Of a stretch of DNA of 64,000 nucleotides, positions 57,015-64,000 are shown piece by piece (position 1 is the first letter of the stretch; every line of letters starts with the position of its first letter). Source of the DNA: Acidimicrobiia bacterium (GTDB lineage: Bacteria; Actinomycetota; Acidimicrobiia; Spongiisociales; UBA11373). The position numbers and the translations under genes were made by a program. Under the pieces are notes generated by a model. It did no database searches and was not told where the DNA came from. It saw only the letters and a program-made list of their open reading frames with translations. The DNA lies in the NCBI GenBank assembly GCA_040878325.1, contig JBBDMM010000009.1, positions 1 through 64,000 on the forward strand, in the 5' to 3' direction.

Positions 57015-59027
57015 CTACACCTCGGACGGGGCCAGAGTCGTCCAGTAGAGGATTGTCGTGCCATCTGGTGTCCACGATGGGAGGCCGTCGAAGTTGGGGT
57101 CATCGGTGAGTTGGACACGGTCGGTCCCATTTGCGGCCATGCTGAATATGTCGCTGCCGCCGGCTTCATCGAGGGCTGCAAAGGCGATGCGGGTTCCGTC
57201 CGGTGACCAGCGCGGGAAAAAGCCCAGACCGAGGTCGGAGACCGTGCCAGTGTCCAGATCGAGCAACCCGATGCGGCCGGCGGCGGTAATGCTGTCAAAG
57301 ACGATCTGGCGACCGTCGGGGGACCAGATCGGGTTGGTAGTGGGTGCCTCGCGCAACTGGCGGAGGTTCGACCCGTCCCGATCGATCACCCACAGCTCCC
57401 CGGGGTGACCCCAACCTCTGATGTCGCCGTGTCCCCAGATGAACGCGATCCTGGTCCCATCGGTTGACCAGGCGGGGGCGTGCGCGTATCCGTCGAGGTC
57501 GGTTAGCTGGGTCAGTGCGGATCCATCGGCGTTGATCAGGTACAGGTCGCTTTGTCCAGGTTCGCCTCGAACGAACGCCAGCATCGTCCCGTCAGGAGAC
57601 CACGACGGCATCGCATCGGGCACCGCGTCGCGGGTGACTCGACGAATATCGGTTCCGTTGCGACTGATGGTGTACAGGTCCCAGTAGTCCAGATAGAGCT
57701 CGGTGTACGCCAGTCGCTCGGCGCCCGGTGAGAACGGCCCGGCAGTGTTGGCGGGCCAGCCGGGAACCGGCGACGGCGGCGTGGAACCGTCGGCGGCAAC
57801 GGTTGCCAACGTGAACACCGACGACTGACATTCGGTGGGTTCTGTAGGCGGGGCTTGACCGTGGACGGCTTGGAGCAGTAACTCGTAGAACAGTGCACGC
57901 ATCGGGACCCTCGCACCACCGATCTCGGTCGTGTCATGGGTGATGACGGCCACCAGATCGAGATCGTCGACGATCATCATGTCCTGTCCCCCGTACCCGG
58001 AGGCAATCCAGACCTCATGCCCCCCGATGTCATAACCCCACCAGAGGTACCCGTAGCGCATGGGGATGGGCGGATACTGCACGCAGCCCAAATCCCACCG
58101 TGGCGACAGGGATTGGTCGAGCCACGATGACGAGACGATTTGATCGCCGCCGAGAGCGCCCTCATCGAGGACGAGCTGACCGAACCGGGCGATCTCCCGG
58201 GGGGTCATGAACATGTCGAAGCCTCCCGAGAGGTAGCCGCCGGGCTCGACATGCCACCCCTCGACGTCGATTCCCAAGGGTCCTAGCAACCGGTCGGCCG
58301 CGTACTGGCATAGGGACATCCCGGTCGCCTCGGTGAGCATCGCAGCCAGTACCTGAGTCAACCCGGTGTTGTAAGCGAACTCTGTGCCCGGTGCGACGAC
58401 ACGTGGGCTTGCCAACACTGCCCGCACCAAGGAGGGTTCCCCGGGCACCGTGCTGGGCTGCCACTCGTAGTTGGTGTCCGGTTCCGGTACCTCCAACCCG
58501 CCTGCCATCGTCAAGAGATCGCGAACGGTCAGTTCTCCGTGGTTCACGACCAGGTTCGGCGGCAGGACGTCGCCGACCTGCGCATCTAGGGTGAGATGAC
58601 CTTCGTCGATCGCGATACCAGTGACCACCGACAGGATGGACTTCGAGAGCGAATGGACGTTGTTGGCGTCCGTGGCATCGAAGCCGTTGAAGTAGCGCTC
58701 GAATACCAGCTTGCCGTTGCGTACGACCAGCAGGCTGGCGGTCATCGGTGACAACGCCACCTCTTCTGCCGCCTGCTCGAGCACGGCCGAGTCCAGACCG
58801 ACCGTACCCGGATCGGCGGTCGGCCAATCGAGCGGGCTGGGGTCGGTGAGCGTCCGGTTGACCGCGTGGAAGGGATCGTCGAGGTTGGGTTGGAATGAGT
58901 CGCACTCCTCGCCGAATGCGGACTTGGCCCCGCTGCACGCCGCCATCAACGCGGCAACTAGGAGGACGGACGAGACGGCGAGGGGCCAGGGAAGCTGGGG
59001 CGCTCGGACATTGCGGAGAGCACTCAT
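57015..59027 (-). CDS. Lipoprotein: beta-lactamase-family serine hydrolase fused to TolB/PD40 beta-propeller
   Basis: MAAC lipobox, HSLSKS, FAYNT, YGYLWW, repeated PxWSPDG; start could be 59072. Confidence 0.85.
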   Translation of the reverse strand: MSALRNVRAPQLPWPLAVSSVLLVAALMAACSGAKSAFGEECDSFQPNLDDPFHAVNRTLTDPSPLDWPTADPGTVGLDSAVLEQAAEEVALSPMTASLLVVRNGKLVFERYFNGFDATDANNVHSLSKSILSVVTGIAIDEGHLTLDAQVGDVLPPNLVVNHGELTVRDLLTMAGGLEVPEPDTNYEWQPSTVPGEPSLVRAVLASPRVVAPGTEFAYNTGLTQVLAAMLTEATGMSLCQYAADRLLGPLGIDVEGWHVEPGGYLSGGFDMFMTPREIARFGQLVLDEGALGGDQIVSSSWLDQSLSPRWDLGCVQYPPIPMRYGYLWWGYDIGGHEVWIASGYGGQDMMIVDDLDLVAVITHDTTEIGGARVPMRALFYELLLQAVHGQAPPTEPTECQSSVFTLATVAADGSTPPSPVPGWPANTAGPFSPGAERLAYTELYLDYWDLYTISRNGTDIRRVTRDAVPDAMPSWSPDGTMLAFVRGEPGQSDLYLINADGSALTQLTDLDGYAHAPAWSTDGTRIAFIWGHGDIRGWGHPGELWVIDRDGSNLRQLREAPTTNPIWSPDGRQIVFDSITAAGRIGLLDLDTGTVSDLGLGFFPRWSPDGTRIAFAALDEAGGSDIFSMAANGTDRVQLTDDPNFDGLPSWTPDGTTILYWTTLAPSEV

Positions 59028-59110
59028 TCGGGATCGGGCGAATGGTACGTGGTTGCGTTCGTCCGACCTCACCCGATCGACGGCTGAGGTCTCTCAACCG
59101 GGCGTGGTGA

Positions 59111-59491
59111 TCACCCAGGGTTGGCGACGGCCATCGACGCGAGCATTCCTTGCTCGTAGTGGTCGACGATCGTGCCGTCGAGGAGTTGAACCACGATCCG
59201 GCACGACACTTCGTAACCGCCGGGTTCGAGGTCGAGAGGCAACTCGACCGCGCTCCCCGGAGCGATCGTCTCGGTGGCGGCGACTGCGCTCCCATCGGCG
59301 CGGGCGACGACCAGAGTGTGCGAGAACTCGCCGGCGTTTTCGACGGTCAAGACGATCGGTCCGGTCTGGACCACTGGAGCGGACACCTCGATCGAATACT
59401 CGTCGAGCACGATCACCGCGGAGTCCACCGGCGTCGATCCGCACCCTGCGAGGATCATCGTGGTGAACGCCAGGGCCGGGATTCTCCTCAT
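59111..59491 (-). CDS. Cupredoxin (sulfocyanin-like) lipoprotein
   Basis: Lipobox LAGC, SHTL, PGGYEVSC..DHYEQGM type-1 Cu ligands. Confidence 0.75.
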   Translation of the reverse strand: MRRIPALAFTTMILAGCGSTPVDSAVIVLDEYSIEVSAPVVQTGPIVLTVENAGEFSHTLVVARADGSAVAATETIAPGSAVELPLDLEPGGYEVSCRIVVQLLDGTIVDHYEQGMLASMAVANPG

Positions 59492-60912
59492 GCGGCTGCC
59501 GCCTCGCGGGCGAGTGCCACTCCGACGGCCATCGTCGTGCCATCAGGCCCGGACTTGACGGCGATCGACGCGCCGATCGCCTCCGCGATCAACCGGGCGA
59601 GGTACAGCCCCAGGCCGGTCCCCGGGCTGTCGCTGCGCTTCTCGAACTTCTCGAAGATGCGGGGGAGGAACTCCTGGTCGATGCCGGGGCCGTCATCTCG
59701 AACCGCAACCCACATGGCGGCGTTCGAAGGGGTGCCGACGATCAGATCCGGCTCGAATGGCAGCGCCTCGAGGAAGTCGACCGCCACAGTCTTGGCTCCG
59801 TGGGTGCGGGCGTTCTCGGTGAGCGATGCGACCAGTGCGACCAGGCCCTCGGGGTCGGTCATGACATCGGCGGCCGCCGGCGCCACCAGCGTTCCGGTCT
59901 GGGTGGCCGGGCGGAGGAGTTCGACCAGAGTCGCTGCCTCGATTCGGCGGAGGCTGTAGCCGAGCCCCTGGTTCTCGATTCGGGCGACGGTCAGCATGCG
60001 GTCGATGAGACCGCGGAGCTTGTCACCCTCGCGCACCATGTCGGCCAGGAGTTCGCCCCGATCGGCGGCAGGCATCTCGGGATGTGTGGCCAGCAGCTCG
60101 GCGCTGGTCACCACCCCTGTCAACGGTGTATTCAATTCGTGGTTGATCATCAGCACGAACTCGGAACGAATTCGGTTCTTTTCCTCGGCCAGCGCCAGGG
60201 CGCGTTCGGCCGCCGACCGGGCCTCGTCGAGTTCCTTGTTGTGCGTGGCCAGTTCACGGGCACGAGCCTGGAGGCCGAAAGACTCCTCGATCGACCGCCG
60301 AACGCGGCGATGGGCGCCGGCCCTACCGGCCGCGAGCACCAGGGTCATCACCCCGAAGAACACGGCGACTCCGGCGAGTTGCAGGGTCTCCGGGTGGATT
60401 CCACGCGGAATTGCCCTGCGCTCGACCAGCCTCTGGAGGTCGTAGAACAGCACGGCGATTCGCCCGTCATCGAGGGGTCGCATCACCTGGTACAGCACGG
60501 CGTCCGCCGGCCACTCCTCGATGCCGTCGATCATCACCGGCAGGCCGATCGGGGCGGCGAGGGCCCGCAATGGCATCGGACTGCCCGCAAAGAAGGGCGA
60601 TTCGAGGTGCGATCCGACGAGGTTGCGCGAGCTCGAAGCGATGAACGTCAGGTTGTCGTCGAGCAGCGACACCGCCTCGATCCGCAGGGTGTTCCGAGCC
60701 TCCCGCACTGCCTGCGACGGGTCGAGGGCCCCGGTGAGGAAATCGGCCGCCATCGCGGCGTCATGGGTGAACAGCTCGCCCTCGCCGACGGGGCGGGTGA
60801 GGTCTGCCTGATGGCGGACGGCGACGATCGCCGCAGTGGCGGCAATCAATGCCGTCAGGGCCGCGCTGGCCAGCCAGAGACGGCTGACGCGTTGGTGGCG
60901 GTCGAAGATCAG
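59488..60912 (-). CDS. Membrane sensor histidine kinase
   Basis: HELNTPL, LTENARTHG, DDGPGI, FEKF, GTGLGL; start at CTG 60912 or TTG 60849. Confidence 0.88.
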   Translation of the reverse strand: MIFDRHQRVSRLWLASAALTALIAATAAIVAVRHQADLTRPVGEGELFTHDAAMAADFLTGALDPSQAVREARNTLRIEAVSLLDDNLTFIASSSRNLVGSHLESPFFAGSPMPLRALAAPIGLPVMIDGIEEWPADAVLYQVMRPLDDGRIAVLFYDLQRLVERRAIPRGIHPETLQLAGVAVFFGVMTLVLAAGRAGAHRRVRRSIEESFGLQARARELATHNKELDEARSAAERALALAEEKNRIRSEFVLMINHELNTPLTGVVTSAELLATHPEMPAADRGELLADMVREGDKLRGLIDRMLTVARIENQGLGYSLRRIEAATLVELLRPATQTGTLVAPAAADVMTDPEGLVALVASLTENARTHGAKTVAVDFLEALPFEPDLIVGTPSNAAMWVAVRDDGPGIDQEFLPRIFEKFEKRSDSPGTGLGLYLARLIAEAIGASIAVKSGPDGTTMAVGVALAREAAAA

Positions 60913-60980
60913 AGAACTCCTGGGGTCGTCTGATCAATTTCGACCGAAAACGCCGCTCCCTTGAGGATTCCGGCCCCTGG

Positions 60981-61637
60981 CTATTGGTTGACGGTGTATC
61001 TCCGCCCACAGCTGCCGCAGGTGACCGGCTTTCCTGCCGTCCCCTCGATGGCGGCCCCACAGAAGGGGCAGTTCTTAAACTGATCGCCTGGCCGCCCCCC
61101 GCCCCCCCGATACAGCACCGGCACCGCCAGTACCGACGCCGACAGCAGCACCACCACGATGGCGAACATTCTCCAATATCCGCCGTCCCCGCCGACCTCG
61201 GTCCAAATGGGAAGCAGGATCATTGCCGCCACCGCGGCGATCAAGAGGTTTGCGGCCATCCCGACCCAGGCGGAACCGCCCTGCAGCCTCCAACCCGACA
61301 GCAAGCAGGCAAGGGCAGCGGCGCCGGCAACCACGTAGGCGCTCCCGGCGACCTTCCCGAGAGTGAGCGAGTCGAGATCGGCCCAGATGAAGATGGTGAC
61401 CGCGACGAATCCCACGGCGGCGGCAGCCATTCCCAGGTGAGGGACGAATCCCAGTCGTCCCTTCGAAAGGGCGGGGGCGCACGCCATCGCCAGGATCGCC
61501 GAGGCCGTAGCGATCAGCGAGGTGCCGAGAATGCGGCCTTCGACGTCCCCGATGTCGCCACCCAGCAGGACGAAGATGGCGAATGCGGCGTTGGCGACGA
61601 TCAGCCCGATGACAATGCGAGTGAAGAGCGATTTCAT
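60981..61637 (-). CDS. Multi-pass membrane protein with C-terminal zinc ribbon
   Basis: About six TM helices, CPFC..CGSC. Confidence 0.75.
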   Translation of the reverse strand: MKSLFTRIVIGLIVANAAFAIFVLLGGDIGDVEGRILGTSLIATASAILAMACAPALSKGRLGFVPHLGMAAAAVGFVAVTIFIWADLDSLTLGKVAGSAYVVAGAAALACLLSGWRLQGGSAWVGMAANLLIAAVAAMILLPIWTEVGGDGGYWRMFAIVVVLLSASVLAVPVLYRGGGGRPGDQFKNCPFCGAAIEGTAGKPVTCGSCGRRYTVNQ

Positions 61638-61702
61638 GTGCACATCTTCGCATGAGTACCGCGGCATCGTTCCCGGGCCCTCGCGGGTGGGTCGGACCTA
61701 AG

Positions 61703-62134
61703 ATGCCACCGGCGTACGAGGAATATGACTTGACCGATCCAGTGGTCGTCGCGCTGGCGCGCGGCGGCATCGTCGGCATTACCACTACTGGTCGGACGTC
61801 GGGCCGTCCCCACACCGTCGACGTGACGCTTCACAACGTCGATCGGAATTTGGTAATCGCCGGGCGCCCGGGCACGCGGGACTGGTACGCCAATGTCCAG
61901 GCCGATCCGCACTTCACGATTCAGTTGAGGGGTGCAGTGGAGGCCGACATCGAGGCGACCGCCGTGCCGGTCACCGATTGGTCGGCGCGTCGCTCCTTGA
62001 TGGAGCGCGTGATGATCAAGGGATTCGGCTTCTCGCCCCAGCGCACCCAACGCGAACTCCACTTCTGGGTCACTCGCTCACCGCTCGTCCTGGTCAATGC
62101 CGACTGGCCGGGGTGGGTGAACAACCCGAACTAG
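61703..62134 (+). CDS. F420-dependent nitroreductase/DDN-like (DUF385) family protein
   Basis: ITTTGRTSGRPH, RDWYANVQADP. Confidence 0.75.
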   Translation: MPPAYEEYDLTDPVVVALARGGIVGITTTGRTSGRPHTVDVTLHNVDRNLVIAGRPGTRDWYANVQADPHFTIQLRGAVEADIEATAVPVTDWSARRSLMERVMIKGFGFSPQRTQRELHFWVTRSPLVLVNADWPGWVNNPN

Positions 62135-62179
62135 CGGGTCGCGACGGAACCGACAGAGCCGTCGGTACGCTCCAACCGC

Positions 62180-62929
62180 ATGATCGGATTCTTCGACTCC
62201 GGCGTTGGCGGTCTCGCAGTTCTCCGCGAGGTGACGATGCTGCTGCCCTCCGCCGACATCGTGTATCTGGCCGACCAAGGCAACGCCCCGTACGGCCAGC
62301 GGTCCATCGCCCAGGTACGGGAGTTCTCCGAGCAGGCCACCGAACGGCTCGTCGACCGGGGTGCCGACACCGTGGTGATCGCCTGCAACACCGCTTCGGC
62401 GGCGGCGCTCCAGCACCTACGGGATCAGCACTCCGAGATTCCCTTCGTCGGCATGGAGCCAGCGGTGAAGCCCGCGGTGGCCGCAACTCGATCGGGTGTG
62501 GTGGGGGTGCTCGCGACCCCGACCACCTTCGCCGCCTCGGTCTTGGGGGACTTGGTGGGCCGGTTCTCTGAGGGGATCAAAGTGATCGCCCACCCGTGCC
62601 CCGGGTGGGCGGAAGCGGTGGAGGACGGCTGGGACGGCTCGGGCCCTGAGATCGCGGCCCACCTCGCCCCGTTGATCGACCAGGGAGTCGACACGCTGGT
62701 GATCGCTTGCACCCACTACTCCTTCCTCGCCGGCGCCATATCAGCGGCTGCTCCTGGCGTCACGGTGATCGATCCCGCCGGCGCGGTCGCCCGGCAGGTG
62801 GTTCGTGTCGCCGGCGACTCCCCCGGTTCTGGCGACGCCACCTACCTCACCACCGGTGATCCAGCCCGCTTCGCCTCCCAGGTGGAACGCCTGCTGGGCG
62901 CGACGATCGACGTGACCGCGGTCGCCTGA
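62180..62929 (+). CDS. murI: Glutamate racemase
   Basis: FDSGVGGL, PYG, ACNTAS, ACTHY. Confidence 0.95.
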   Translation: MIGFFDSGVGGLAVLREVTMLLPSADIVYLADQGNAPYGQRSIAQVREFSEQATERLVDRGADTVVIACNTASAAALQHLRDQHSEIPFVGMEPAVKPAVAATRSGVVGVLATPTTFAASVLGDLVGRFSEGIKVIAHPCPGWAEAVEDGWDGSGPEIAAHLAPLIDQGVDTLVIACTHYSFLAGAISAAAPGVTVIDPAGAVARQVVRVAGDSPGSGDATYLTTGDPARFASQVERLLGATIDVTAVA

Positions 62930-62951
62930 CAGCCCGGGGCACAATGCTCCG

Positions 62952-64000
62952 GTGCTGGAACGCATCCGATCCGAGATCGCCGCGCACGGACCGCTGCCAT
63001 TCGACCACTTCATGACGCTTGCCCTTTACGACCCCGACGGGGGTTACTTCGCCGCGTCGACGACCCTGCGGTCCTCCGAGGAGGGCGACTTCCTCACCAG
63101 CCCGGAGGTGAGCCCCTTGTTCGGAGGCACCGTCGCTCACTTTGTGGCATCCGAGGTGGAGCGGGTCGGGCCGCTCACTCTGGTCGAGGCCGGGGCGGGT
63201 TCGGGCGCCCTGCTCCGCGCCGTGCTCGAGGAGTTGGCCGAGGCGCCTGCGGCCGTGTTTGCCGTGGAGGTGTCGGCGGCCGCCACCGAACGCCTCGGTG
63301 GCTCGGTGCCGGAGGCCATTGTCGTCGCCGACCTGGCCCAGGTCCCTCGAGGGGGCGCGGCCGTGGTCATCGCCAACGAGTTGATCGACAATCTGCCCGC
63401 AGCGGTGGCAGTGCGACGGGGAGCAGGTTGGACCGAGCAAGTCATCGACCTCGAAGACGCCGGTCTGATGACGAAGGAGGTGCCGGCGCGCCGCGAGGTC
63501 GCTTCCTGGGCCGACGCGTTCGCGGGACCGGTGGTCGAGGGTGACCTGGTGGAGGTGCAAGTCGTCGCCGGCGAATGGATTACGACCGCATTGGGGCGGT
63601 TCGATGTCGGTTCGGTGGTGGTGTTCGACTACGGCGAGACGGCAGACGGGTTGAGCCACCGGCGAGCCCAGGGCACCGTGAGGACCTACCGGTCACATCA
63701 TCTCGGCCCGGATCCGTTGCTCACACCCGGTGAGACGGACATCACCATGGACGTGAACTTCACCGCCCTGGCGGCGGCGGCCGAATCCGCCGGAGCCACG
63801 GTCACCGTCGAGCGGCAAGACGACTTCCTGACTCGGTGGGGCCTGCGCGACACACTGCGAGGGCTGCGCGAAGCCGAGCTGGATGCCGCCCGCACAGGCC
63901 GAACCATGGAGCGGCTGACCCTGCGCAGCCAGCTCACCGGAGCAGAAGCACTGCTGCATCCGAGGGGTCTCGGTGATTTCAGAGTGCTGGTAGCGAGTAA
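62952..64000 (+). CDS. MidA/NDUFAF7-family SAM-dependent methyltransferase (runs off window end; missing from ORF track)
   Basis: My translation from GTG 62952: GPLPFDHFMTLALYDPDGGYF, GDFLTSPEVSPLFG, EAGAGSG, ANELIDNLP, FDYG, DITMDVNF, GLGDFRVL. Confidence 0.9.
   Translation, partial: MLERIRSEIAAHGPLPFDHFMTLALYDPDGGYFAASTTLRSSEEGDFLTSPEVSPLFGGTVAHFVASEVERVGPLTLVEAGAGSGALLRAVLEELAEAPAAVFAVEVSAAATERLGGSVPEAIVVADLAQVPRGGAAVVIANELIDNLPAAVAVRRGAGWTEQVIDLEDAGLMTKEVPARREVASWADAFAGPVVEGDLVEVQVVAGEWITTALGRFDVGSVVVFDYGETADGLSHRRAQGTVRTYRSHHLGPDPLLTPGETDITMDVNFTALAAAAESAGATVTVERQDDFLTRWGLRDTLRGLREAELDAARTGRTMERLTLRSQLTGAEALLHPRGLGDFRVLVAS

Overview
High-GC actinobacterial chromosomal segment (probably Acidimicrobiia, inferred from gene content such as mshA-like, rsiG-like and nuo genes), with one 10-N assembly gap. 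It is dominated by respiratory genes: rex, a cytochrome b6-type split Rieske/cytochrome b operon with a co-encoded 2[4Fe-4S] ferredoxin, a divergent CcoN-CcoO-like fusion that lacks all canonical heme/Cu histidine ligands plus a repeat-containing cytochrome c, a menJ-like reductase, a complete 14-gene nuoA-N operon and a second 11-gene nuo operon without nuoEFG. Other genes include hisC, an M23 peptidase, a Clp1-like kinase, an Fe3+ ABC transporter, an amidase, murI and a MidA-like methyltransferase cut by the window end. The most striking non-coding signal is about 20 loci of short tandem arrays with a fixed 7-nt period but many different unit sequences, often in inverted pairs at gene junctions. 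There is also a promoter-bearing small RNA candidate next to DnaA-box-like sites, REP-like repeats and many apparently leaderless genes. All calls come from reading motifs by eye; no searches were run.
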